From: the human T2T-CHM13v2.0 reference genome, Homo sapiens
DNA: 64,000 bases
Assembly (NCBI RefSeq): GCF_009914755.1
Contig: NC_060925.1
Direction: 5' to 3' (one strand)
This document shows, piece by piece, positions 27,123-41,000 of this stretch. The position numbers and the translations under genes were made by a program. Under the pieces are notes generated by a model that was given only the letters and a program-made list of their open reading frames with translations, ran no database searches and was not told where the DNA came from. Within the stretch, counting starts at the first letter, position 1, and each line of letters begins with the position of its first letter.

Positions 27123-30100
27123 ATGAAATTGAAATGGATGGACTCATCATCGAATGGATTCGAATGGAATCATCGAATAAAATTGATTGAAATCATCATC
27201 GAATGGAATCGAATGGTATCATTGAATGGAATCGAATGGAATCATCATCAGATGGAAATGAATGGAATCGTCATAGAATGGAATCGAATGGATTCATTGA
27301 ATGGAATCAGATGGAATCATCGAATGGACTGGAATGGAATCATTGAATGGACTCGAAAGGGATCATGATTGAATGGAATTGAATGGAATCATCGAATGGT
27401 CTCGATTGGAATCATTATCAAATGGAATCGAATGGAATCACCGAATAGAATCGAATGGAACAATCATCGAATGGACTCAAATGGAATTATCCTCAAATGG
27501 AATCGAATGGAATTATCGAATGCAATCGAATGGAATTATCGAATGCAATCGAATAGAATCATCGAATGGACTCGAATGGAATCATCGAATGGAATGGAAT
27601 GGAACAGTCAATGAACTCGAATGGAATCATCATTGAATGGAATCGAATGGAATCATCGAGTGGAATCGAATGGAATTATGATCAAATGGAATCGAATGTA
27701 ATCATCATCAAATGGAATCAAAAATAACCATCATCAATTGGTATTGAATGGAATTGTCATCAAATGGAATTCAAAGGAATCATCATCAAATGGAACCGAA
27801 TGGAATCCTCATTGAATGGAAATGAAAGGGGTCATCATCTAATGGAATCGCATGGAATCATCATCAAATGGAATCGAATGGAATCATCATCAAATGGAAT
27901 CTAATGGAATCATTGAACAGAATTGAATGGAATGGTCATCGAATGAATTGAATGCAATCATCGAATGGTCTCGAATGGAATCATCTTCTAATGGAAAGGA
28001 ATGGAATCATCGCATAGAATCGAATGGAATTATCATCGAATGGAATCGAATGGTATCAACACCAAACGGAAAAAAACGGAATTATCGAATGGAATCGAAG
28101 AGAATCTTCGAACGGACCCGAATGGAATCATCTAATGGAATGGAATGGAACAATCCATGGACTCGAATGCAATCATCATCGAATGGAATCGAATGGAATC
28201 ATCGAATGGACTCGAATGGAATAATCATTGAACGGAATCGAATGGAATCATCATCGGATGGAAACGAATGGAATCATCATCGAATGGAAATGAAAGGAGT
28301 CATCATCTAATGGAATTGCATGGAATCATCATAAAATGGAATCGAATGGAATCAACATCAAATGGAATCAAATGGAATCATTGAACGGAATTGAATGGAA
28401 TCGTCATCGAATGAATAGACTGCAATCATCGAATGGTCTCGGAATCATCTTCAAATGGAATGGAATGGAATCATCGCATAGAATCGAATGGAATTATCAT
28501 CGAATGGAATCGAATGGAATCAACATCAAACGGAAAAAAACGGAATTATCGAATGGAATCGAAGAGAATCATCGAATGGACCCGAATGGAATCATCTAAT
28601 GGAATGGAATGGAATAATCCATGGACTCGAATGCAATCATCATCGAATGGAATCGAATGGAATCATCGAATGGACTCGAATGGAATAATCATTGAACGGA
28701 ATCGAATGGAATCATCATCGGATGGAAATGAATGGAATCATCATCGAATGGAATCGAATAGAATTATGGAATGAAATCCAGTGTGATCATCATCGAATGG
28801 ACCCGAATGGAATCATCATCCAACGGAAGCTAATGGAATCAACATCGAATGAATCGAATGGAAACACCATCGAATTGAAACGAATGGAATTATCATGAAA
28901 TTGAAATGGATGGACTCATCATCGAATGGATTCGAATGGAATCATCGAATAAAATTGATTGAAATCATCATCCAATGGAATCGAATGGTATCATTGAATG
29001 GAATCGAATGGAATCATCATCAGATGGAAATGAATGGAATCGTCATAGAATGGAGTCGAATGGATTCATTGAATGGAATCAGATGGAATCATCGAATGGA
29101 CTGGAATGGAATCATTGAATGGACTCGAAAGGGTTCATGATTGAATGGAATTGAATGGAATCATCGAATGGTCTCTATTGGAATCATTATCAAATGGAAT
29201 CGAATGGAATCACCGAATAGAATCGAATGGAACAATCATCGAATGGACTCAAATGGAATTATCCTCCAATGGAATCGAATGGAATTATCGAATGCAATCG
29301 AATGGAATTATCGAATGCAATCGAATAGAATCATCGAATGGACTCGAATGGAATCATCGAATGGAATGGAATGGAACAGTCAATGAACTCGAATGGAATC
29401 ATCATTGAATGGAATCGAATGGAATCATCGAGTGGAATCGAATGGAATTATGATCAAATGGAATCGAATGTAATCATCATCAAATGGAATCAAAAATAAC
29501 CATCATCAATTGGTATTGAATGGAATTGTCATCAAATGGAATTCAAAGAATCATCATCAAATGGAACCGAATGGAATCCTCATTGAATGGAAATGAAAGG
29601 GGTCATCATCTAATGGAATCGCATGGAATCATCATCAAATGGAATCGAATGGAATCATCATCAAATGGAATCTAATGGAATCATTGAACAGAATTGAATG
29701 GAATGGTCATCGAATGAATTGAATGCAATCATCGAATGGTCTCGAATGGAATCATCTTCTAATGGAAAGGAATGGAATCATCGCATAGAATCGAATGGAA
29801 TTATCATCGAATGGAATCGAATGGTATCAACACCAAACGGAAAAAAACGGAATTATCGAATGGAATCGAAGAGAATCTTCGAACGGACCCGAATGGAATC
29901 ATCTAATGGAATGGAATGGAACAATCCATGGACTCGAATGCAATCATCATCGAATGGAATCGAATGGAATCATCGAATGGACTCGAATGGAATAATCATT
30001 GAACGGAATCGAATGGAATCATCATCGGATGGAAACGAATGGAATCATCATCGAATGGAAATGAAAGGAGTCATCATCTAATGGAATTGCATGGAATCAT

Positions 30101-33100
30101 CATAAAATGGAATCGAATGGAATCAACATCAAATGCAATCAAATGGAATCATTGAACGGAATTGAATGGAATCGTCATCGAATGAATTGACTGCAATCAT
30201 CGAATGGTCTCGGAATCATCTTCAAATGGAATGGAATGGAATCATCGCATAGAATCGAATGGAATTATCATCGAATGGAATCGAATGGAATCAACATCAA
30301 ACGGAAAAAAACGGAATTATCGAATGGAATCGAAGAGAATCATCGAATGGACCCGAATGGAATCATCTAATGGAATGGAATGGAATAATCCATGGACTCG
30401 AATGCAATCATCATCGAATGGAATCGAATGGAATCATCGAATGGACTCGAATGGAATAATCATTGAACGGAATAGAATGGAATCATCATCGGATGGAAAT
30501 GAATGGAATCATCATCGAATGGAATCGAATAGAATTATGGAATGAAATCCAGTGTGATCATCATCGAATGGACCCGAATGGAATCATCATCCAACGGAAG
30601 CTAATGGAATCAACATCGAATGAATCGAATGGAAACACCATCGAATTGAAACGAATGGAATTATCATGAAATTGAAATGGATGGACTCATCATCGAATGG
30701 ATTCGAATGGAATCATCGAAAGAATTGATTGAAATCATCATCCAATGGAATCGAATGGTATCATTGAATGGAATCGAATGGAATCATCATCAGATGGAAA
30801 TGAATGGAATCGTCATAGAATGGAATCGAATGGATTCATTGAATGGAATCAGATGGAATCATCGAATGGACTGGAATGGAATCATTGAATGGACTCGAAA
30901 GGGATCATGATTGAATGGAATTGAATGGAATCATCGAATGGTCTCGATTGGAATCATTATCAAATGGAATCGAATGGAATCACCGAATAGAATCGAATGG
31001 AACAATCATCGAATGGACTCAAATGGAATTATCCTCCAATGGAATCGAATGGAATTATCGAATGCAATCGAATGGAATTATCGAATGCAATCGAATAGAA
31101 TCATCGAATGGACTCGAATGGAATCATCGAATGGAATGGAATGGAACAGTCAATGAACTCGAATGGAATCATCATTGAATGGAATCGAATGGAATCATCG
31201 AGTGGAATCGAATGGAATTATGATCAAATGGAATCGAATGTAATCATCATCAAATGGAATCAAAAATAACCATCATCAATTGGTATTGAATGGAATTGTC
31301 ATCAAATGGAATTCAAAGGAATCATCATCAAATGGAACCGAATGGAATCCTCATTGAATGGAAATGAAAGGGGTCATCATCTAATGGAATCGCATGGAAT
31401 CATCATCAAATGGAATCGAACGGAATCATCATCAAATGGAATCTAATGGAATCATTGAACAGAATTGAATGGAATCGTCATCGAATGAATTGAATGCAAT
31501 CATCGAATGGTCTCGAATGGAATCATCTTCTAATGGAAAGGAATGGAATCATCGCATAGAATCGAATGGAATTATCATCGAATGGAATCGAATGGTATCA
31601 ACACCAAACGGAAAAAAACGGAATTATCGAATGGAATCGAAGAGAATCTTCGAACGGACCTGAATGGAATCATCTAATGGAATGGAATGGAATAATCCAT
31701 GGACTCGAATGCAATCATCATCGAATGGAATCGAATGGAATCATCGAATGGACTCGAATGGAATAATCATTGAACGGAATCGAATGGAATCATCATCGGA
31801 TGGAAACGAATGGAATCATCATCGAATGGAAATGAAAGGAGTCATCATCTAATGGAATTGCATGGAATCATCATAAAATGGAATCGAATGGAATCAACAT
31901 CAAATGGAATCAAATGGAATCATTGAACGGAATTGAATGGAATCGTCATCGAATGAATTGACTGCAATCATCGAATGGTCTCGAATGGAATCATCTTCAA
32001 ATGGAATGGAATGGAATCATCGCATAGAATCGAATGGAAGTATCATCGAATGGAATCGAATGGAATCAACATCAAACGGAAAAAAACGGAATTATCGAAT
32101 GGAATCGAAGAGAATCATCGAATGGACCCGAATGGAATCATCTAATGGAATGGAATGGAATAATCCATGGACTCGAATGCAATCATCATCGAATGGAATC
32201 GAATGGAATCATCGAATGAACTCGAATGGAATCATCATTGAATGGAATCGAATGGAATCATCGAGTGGAATCGAATGGAATTATGATCAAATGGAATCGA
32301 ATGTAATCATCATCAAATGGAATCAAAAATAACCATCATCAATTGGTATTGAATGGAATTGTCATCAAAAGGAATTCAAAGGAATCATCATCAAATGGAA
32401 CCGAATGGAATCCTCATTGAATGGAAATGAATGGGGTCATCATCTAATGGAATCGCATGGAATCATCATCAAATGGAATCGAATGGAATCATCATCAAAT
32501 GGAATCTAATGGAATCACTGAACAGAATTGAATGGAATCGTCATCGAATGAATTGAATGCAATCATCGAATGGTCTCGAATGGAATCATCTTCTAATGGA
32601 AAGGAATGGAATCATCGCATAGAATCGAATGGAATTATCATCGAATGGAATCGAATGGTATCAACACCAAACGGAAAAAAACGGAATTATCGAATGGAAT
32701 CGAAGAGAATCTTCGAACGGACCCGAATGGAATCATCTAATGGAATGGAATGGAATAATCCATGGACTCGAATGCAATCATCATCGAATGGAATCGAATG
32801 GAATCATCGAATGGACTCGAATGGAATAATCATTGAACGGAAACGAATGGAATCATCATCGGATGGAAATGAATGGAATCATCATCGAATGGAATCGAAT
32901 AGAATTATGGAATGAAATCCAGTGTGATCATCATCGAATGGACCCGAATGGAATCATCATCCAACGGAAGCTAATGGAATCAACATCGAATGAATCGAAT
33001 GGAAACACCATCGAATTGAAACGAATGGAATTATCATGAAATTGAAATGGGTGGACTCATCATCGAATGGATTCGAATGGAATCATCGAATAAAATTGAT

Positions 33101-36100
33101 TGAAATCATCATCGAATGGAATCGAATTGTATCATTGAATGGAATCGAATGGAATCATCATCAGATGGAAATGAATGGAATCGTCATAGAATGGAATCGA
33201 ATGGATTCATTGAATGGAATCAGATGGAATCATCGAATGGACTGGAATGGAATCATTGAATGGACTCAAAAGGGATCATGATTGAATGGAGTTGAATGGA
33301 ATCATCGAATGGTCTCGATTGGAATCATTATCAAATGGAATCGAATGGAATCACCGAATAGAATCGAATGGAACAATCATCGAATGGACTCAAATGGAAT
33401 TATCCTCCAATGGAATCGAATGGAATTATCGAATGCAATCGAATGGAATTATCGAATGCAATCGAATAGAATCATCGAATGGACTCGAATGGAATCATCG
33501 AATGGAATGGAATGGAACAGTCAATGAACTCGAATGGAATCATCATTGAATGGAATCGAATGGAATCATCGAGTGGAATCGAATGGAATTATGATCAAAT
33601 GGAATCGAATATAATCATCATCAAATGGAATCAAAAATAACCATCATCAATTGGTATTGAATGGAATTCTCATCAAATGGAATTCAAAAGAATCATCATC
33701 AAATGGAACTGAATGGAATCCTCATTGAATGGAAATGAAAGGGGTCATCATCTAATGGAATCGCATGGAATCATCATCAAATGGAATCGAATGGAATCAT
33801 CATCAAATGGAATCTGATGGAATCATTGAACAGAATTGAATGGAATCGTCATCGAATGAATTGAATGCAATCATCGAATGGTCTCGAATGCAATCACATT
33901 CTAATGGAAAGGAATGGAATCATCGCATAGAATCGAATGGAATTAACATTGAATGGACTCGAATGGAATCAACATCAAACGGAATCAAGCGGAATTATCG
34001 AATGGAATCGAAGAGAATCATCGAATGGACTCGAATGGAATCATCTTCTAATGGAAAGGAATGGAATCATCGCATAGAATCGAATGGAATTATCATCGAA
34101 TGGAATCGAATGGTATCAACACCAAACGGAAAAAAACGGAATTATCGAATGGAATCGAAGAGAATCTTCGAACGGACCCGAATGGAATCATCTAATGGAA
34201 TGGAATGGAATAATCCATGGACTCGAATGCAATCATCATCGAATGGAATCGAATGGAATCATCGAATGGACTCGAATGGAATAATCATTGAACGGAATAG
34301 AATGGAATCATCATCGGATGGAAATGAATGGAATCATCATCGAATGGAATCGAATAGAATTATGGAATGAAATCCAGTGTGATCATCATCGAATGGACCC
34401 GAATGGAATCATCATCCAACGGAAGCTAATGGAATCAACATCGAATGAATCGAATGGAAACACCATCGAATTGAAACGAATGGAATTATCATGAAATTGA
34501 AATGGATGGACACATCATCGAATGGATTCGAATGGAATCATCGAAGAAAATTGATTGAAATCATCATCAAATGGAATCGAATGGTATCATTGAAAGGAAT
34601 CGAATGGAATCATCATCAGATGGAAATGAATGGAATCGTCATAGAATGGAATCGAATGGATTCATTGAATGGAATCAGATGGAATCATCGAATGGACTGG
34701 AATGGAATCATTGAATGGACACGAAAGGGATCATTATTGAATGGAATTGAATGGAATCATCGAATGTTCTCGATTGGAATCATTATCAAATGGAATCGAA
34801 TGGAATCACCGAATAGAATCGAATGGAACAATCATGGAATGGACTCAAATGGAATTATCCTCAAATGGAATCGAATGGAATTATCGAATGCAATCGAATG
34901 GAATTATCGAATGCAATCGAATAGAATCATCGAATGGACTCGAATGGAATCATCGAATGGAATGGAATGGAACAGTCAATGAACTCGAATGGAATCATCA
35001 TTGAATGGAATCGAATGGAATCATCGAGTGGAATCGAATGGAATTATGATCAAATGGAATCGAATGTAATCATCATCAAATGGAATCAAAAATAACCATC
35101 ATCAATTGGTATTGAATGGAATTGTCATCAAATGGAATTCAAAGGAATCATCATCAAGTGGAACCGAATGGAATCCTCATTGAATGGAAATGAAAGGGGT
35201 CATCATCTAATGGAATCGCATGGAATCATCATCAAATGGAATCGAATGGAATCATCATCAAATGGAATCTAATGGAATCATTGAACAGAATTGAATGGAC
35301 ATCGTCATCGAATGAATTGAATGCAATCATCGAATGGTCTCGAATGGAATCATCTTCTAATGGAAAGGAATGGAATCATTGCATAGAATCGAATGGAATT
35401 ATCATCGAATGGAATCGAATGGTATCAACACCAAACGGAAAAAAACGGAATTATCGAATGGAATCGAAGAGAATCTTCGAACGGACCCGAATGGAATCAT
35501 CTAATGGAATGGAATGGAATAATCCATGGACTCGAATGCAATCATCATCTAATGGAATCGAATGGAGTCATCGAATGGACTCGAATGGAATAATCATTGA
35601 ACGGAATCGAATGGAATCATCATCGGATGGAAACGAATGGAATCATCATCGAATGGAAATGAAAGGAGTCATCATCTAATGGAATTGCATGGAATCATCA
35701 TAAAATGGAATCGATGGAATCAACATCAAATGGAATCAAATGGAATCATTGAACGGAATTGAATGGAATCGTCATCGAATGAATTGACTGCAATCATCGA
35801 ATGGTCTCGAATGGAATCATCTTCAAATGGAATGGAATGGAATCATCGCATAGAATCGAATGGAATTATCATCGAATGGAATCGAATGGAATCAACATCA
35901 AACGGAAAAAAACAGAATTATCGTATGGAATCTAAGAGAATCATCGAATGGACCCGAATGGAATCATCTAATGGAATGGAATGGAATAATCCATGGACTC
36001 GAATGCAATCATCATCGAATGGAATCGAATGGAATCATCGAATGGACTCGAATGGAATAATCATTGAACGGAATAGAATGGAATCATCATCGGATGGAAA

Positions 36101-38033
36101 TGAATGGAATCATCATCGAATGGAATCGAATACAATTATGGAAGGAAATCCAGTGTGATCATCATCGAATGGACCCGAATGGAATCATCATCCAACGGAA
36201 GCTAATGGAATCAACATCGAATGAATCGAATGGAAACACCATCGAATTGAAACGAATGGAATTATCATGAAATTGAAATGGATGGACTCATCATCGAATG
36301 GATTCGAATGGATAAAATTGATTGAAATCATCATCAAATGGAATCGAATGGTATCATTGAATGGAATCGAATGGAATCATCATCAGATGGAAATGAATGG
36401 AATCGTCATAGAATGGAATCGAATGGATTCATTGAATGGAATCAGATGGAATCATCGAATGGACTGGAATGGAATCATTGAATGGACTCGAAAGGGATCA
36501 TTATTGAATGGAATTGAATGGAATCATCGAATGGTCTCGATTGGAATCATTATCAAATGGAATCGAATGGAATCACCGAATAGAATCGAATGGAACAATC
36601 ATCGAATGGACTCAAATGGAATTATCCTCAAATGGAATCGAATGGAATTATCGAATGCAATCGAATGGAATTATCGAATGCAATCGAATAGAATCATCGA
36701 AAGGACTCGAATGGAATCATCGAATGGAATGGAATGGAACAGTCAATGAACTCGAATGGAATCATCATTGAATGGAATCGAATGGAATCATCGAGTGGAA
36801 TTGAATGGAATTATGATCAAATGGAATCGAATGTAATCATCATCAAATGGAATCAAAAATAACCATCATCAATTGGTATTGAATGGAATTGTCATCAAAT
36901 GGAATTCAAAGGAATCATCATCAAATGGAACCGAATGGAATCCTCATTGAATGGAAATGAAAGGGGTCATCATCTAATGGAATCGCATGGAATCATCATC
37001 AAATGGAATCGAATGGAATCATCATCAAATGGAATCTAATGGAATCATTGAACAGAATTGAATGGAATCGTCATCGAATGAATTGAATGCAATCATCGAA
37101 TGGTCTCGAATGGAATCATCTTCTAATGGAAAGGAATGGAATCATCGCATAGAATCGAATGGAATTATCATCGAATGGAATCGAATGGTATCAACACCAA
37201 ACGGAAAAAAACGGAATTATCAAATGGAATCGAAGAGAATCTTCGAACGGACCCGAATGGAATCATCTAATGGAATGGAATGGAATAATCCATGGACTCG
37301 AATGCAATCATCATCGAATGGAATCGAATGGAATCATCGAATGGACTCGAATGGAATAATCATTGAACGGAATCGAATGGAATCATCATCGGATGGAAAC
37401 GAATGGAATCATCATCGAATGGAAATGAAAGGAGTCATCATCTAATGGAATTGCATGGAATCATCATAAAATGGAATCGAATGGAATCAACATCAAATGG
37501 AATCAAATGGAATCATTGAACGGAATTGAATGGAATCGTCATCGAATGAATTGACTGCAATCATCGAATGGTCTCGAATGGAATCATCTTCAAATGGAAT
37601 GGAATGGAATCATCGCATAGAATCGAATGGAATTATCATCGAATGGAATCGAATGGAATCAACATCAAACGGAAAAAAACAGAATTATCGTATGGAATCG
37701 AAGAGAATCATCGAAGGGACCCGAATGGAATCATCTAATGGAATGGAATGGAATAATCCATGGACTCGAATGCAATCATCATCGAATGGAATCGAATGGA
37801 ATCATCGAATGGACTCGAATGGAATAATCATTGAACGGAATCGAATGGAATCATCATCGGATGGAAATGAATGGAATCATCATCGAATGGAATCGAATAG
37901 AATTATGGAATGAAATCCAGTGTGATCATCATCGAATGGACCCGAATGGAATCATCATCCAACGGAAGCTAATGGAATCAACATCGAATGAATCGAATGG
38001 AAACACCATCGAATTGAAACGAATGGAATTATC

Positions 38034-41000
38034 ATGAAATTGAAATGGATGGACTCATCATCGAATGGATTCGAATGGAATCATCGAATAAAATTGATTG
38101 AAATCATCATCCAATGGAATCGAATGGTATCATTGAATGGAATCGAATGGAATCATCATCAGATGGAAATGAATGGAATCGTCATAGAATGGAATCGAAT
38201 GGATTCATTGAATGGAATCAGATGGAATCATCGAATGGACTGGAATGGAATCATTGAATGGACTCGAAAGGGATCATTATTGAATGGAATTGAATGGAAT
38301 CATCGAATGGTCTCGATTGGAATCATTATCAAATGGAATCGAATGGAATCACCGAACAGAATCGAATGGAACAATCATCGAATGGACTCAAATGGAATTA
38401 TCCTCAAATGGAATCGAATGGAATTATCGAATGCAATCGAATGGAATTATCGAATGCAATCGAATAGAATCATCGAATGGACTCGAATGGAATCATCGAA
38501 TGGAATGGAATGGAACAGTCAATGAACTCGAATGGAATCATCATTGAAAGGAATCGAATGGAATCATCGAGTGGAATCGAATGGAATTATGATCAAATGG
38601 AATCGAATGTAATCATCATCAAATGGAATCAAAAATAACCATCATCAATTGGTATTGAATGGAATTGTCATCAAATGGAATTCAAAGGAATCATCATCAA
38701 ATGGAACCGAATGGAATCCTCATTGAATGGAAATGAAAGGGGTCATCATCTAATGGAATCGCATGGAATCATCATCAAATGGAATCGAATGGAATCATCA
38801 TCAAATGGTATCTAATGGAATCATTGAACAGAATTGAATGGAATCGTCATCGAATGAATTGAATGCAATCATCGAATGGTCTCGAATGGAATCATCTTCT
38901 AATGGAAAGGAATGGAATCATCGCATAGAATCGAATGGAATTATCATCGAATGGAATCGAATGGTATCAACACCAAACGGAAAAAAACGGAATTATCGAA
39001 TGGAATCGAAGAGAATCTTCGAACGGACCCGAATGGAATCATCTAATGGAATGGAATGGAATAATCCATGGACTCGAATGCAATCATCATCGAATGGAAT
39101 CGAATGGAATCATCGAATGGACTCGAATGGAATAATCATTGAACGGAATCGAATGGAATCATCATCGGATGGAAACGAATGGAATCATCATCGAATGGAA
39201 ATGAAAGGAGTCATCATCTAATGGAATTGCATGGAATCATCATAAAATGGAATCGAATGGAATCAACATCAAATGGAATCAAATGGAATCATTGAACGGA
39301 ATTGAATGGAATCGTCATCGAATGAATTGACTGCAATCATCGAATGGTCTCGAATGGAATCATCTTCAAATGGAATGGAATGGAATCATCGCATAGAATC
39401 GAATGGAATTATCATCGAATGGAATCGAATGGAATCAACATCAAACGGAAAAAAACGGAATTATCGAATGGAATCGAAGAGAATCATCGAATGGACCCGA
39501 ATGGAATCATCTAATGGAATGGAATGGAATAATCCATGGACTCGAATGCAATCATCATCGAATGGAATCGAATGGAATCATCGAATGGACTCGAATGGAA
39601 TAATCATTGAACGGAATCGAATGGAATCATCATCGGATGGAAATGAATGGAATCATCATCGAATGGAATCGAATAGAATTATGGAATGAAATCCAGCGTG
39701 ATCATCATCGAATGGACCCGAATGGAATCATCATCCAACGGAAGCTAATGGAATCAACATCGAATGAATCGAATGGAAACACCATCGAATTGAAACGAAT
39801 GGAATTATAATGAAATTGAAATGGATGGACTCATCATCGAATGGATTCGAATGGAATCATCGAATAAAATTGATTGAAATCATCATCCAATGGAATCGAA
39901 TGGTATCATTGAATGGAATGGAATGGAATCATCATCAGATGGAAATGAATGGAATCGTCATAGAATGGAATCGAATGGATTCATTGAATGGAATCAGATG
40001 GAATCATCGAATGGACTGGAATGGAATCATTGAATGGACTCGAAAGGGATCATGATTGAATGGAATTGAATGGAATCATCGAATGGTCTCGATTGGAATC
40101 ATTATCAAATGGAATCGAATGGAATCACCGAATAGAATCGAATGGAACAATCATCGAATAGACTCAAATGGAATTATCCTCCAATGGAATCGAATGGAAT
40201 TATCGAATGCAATCGAATGGAATTATCGAATGCAATCGAATAGAATCATCGAATGGACTCGAATGGAATCATCGAATGGAATGGAATGGAACAGTCAATG
40301 AACTCGAATGGAATCATCATTGAATGGAATCGAATGGAATCATCGAGTGGAATCGAATGGAATTATGATCAAATGGAATCGAATGTAATCATCATCAAAT
40401 GGAATCAAAAATAACCATCATCAATTGGTATTGAATGGAATTGTCATCAAATGGAATTCAAAGGAATCATCATCAAATGGAACCGAATGGAATCCTCATT
40501 GAATGGAAATGAAAGGGGTCATCATCTAATGGAATCGCATGGAATCATCATCAAATGGAATCGAATGGAATCATCATCAAATGGAATCTAATGGAATCAT
40601 TGAACAGAATTGAATGGAATCGTCATCGAATGAATTGAATGCAATCATCGAATGGTCTCGAATGGAATCATCTTCTAATGGAAAGGAATGGAATCATCGC
40701 ATAGAATCGAATGGAATTATCATCGAATGGAATCGAATGGTATCAACACCAAACGGAAAAAAACGGAATTATCGAATGGAATCGAAGAGAATCTTCGAAC
40801 GGACCCGAATGGAATCATCTAATGGAATGGAATGGAATAATCCATGGACTCGAATGCAATCATCATCAAATGGAATCGAATGGAATCATCGAATGGACTT
40901 GAATGGAATAATCATTGAACGGAATCGATTGGAATCATCATCGGATGGAAACGAATGGAATCATCATCGAATGGAAATGAAAGGAGTCATCATCTAATGG

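Noticed and set aside
33840-39670. Numerology: 147 bp = nucleosome core (or 3x49), 468 = 18x26, 713 = 31x23
   Set aside because: With 10/13/23/26-bp micro-units almost any in-register length can be decomposed this way. There is no independent support for nucleosome-linked selection.
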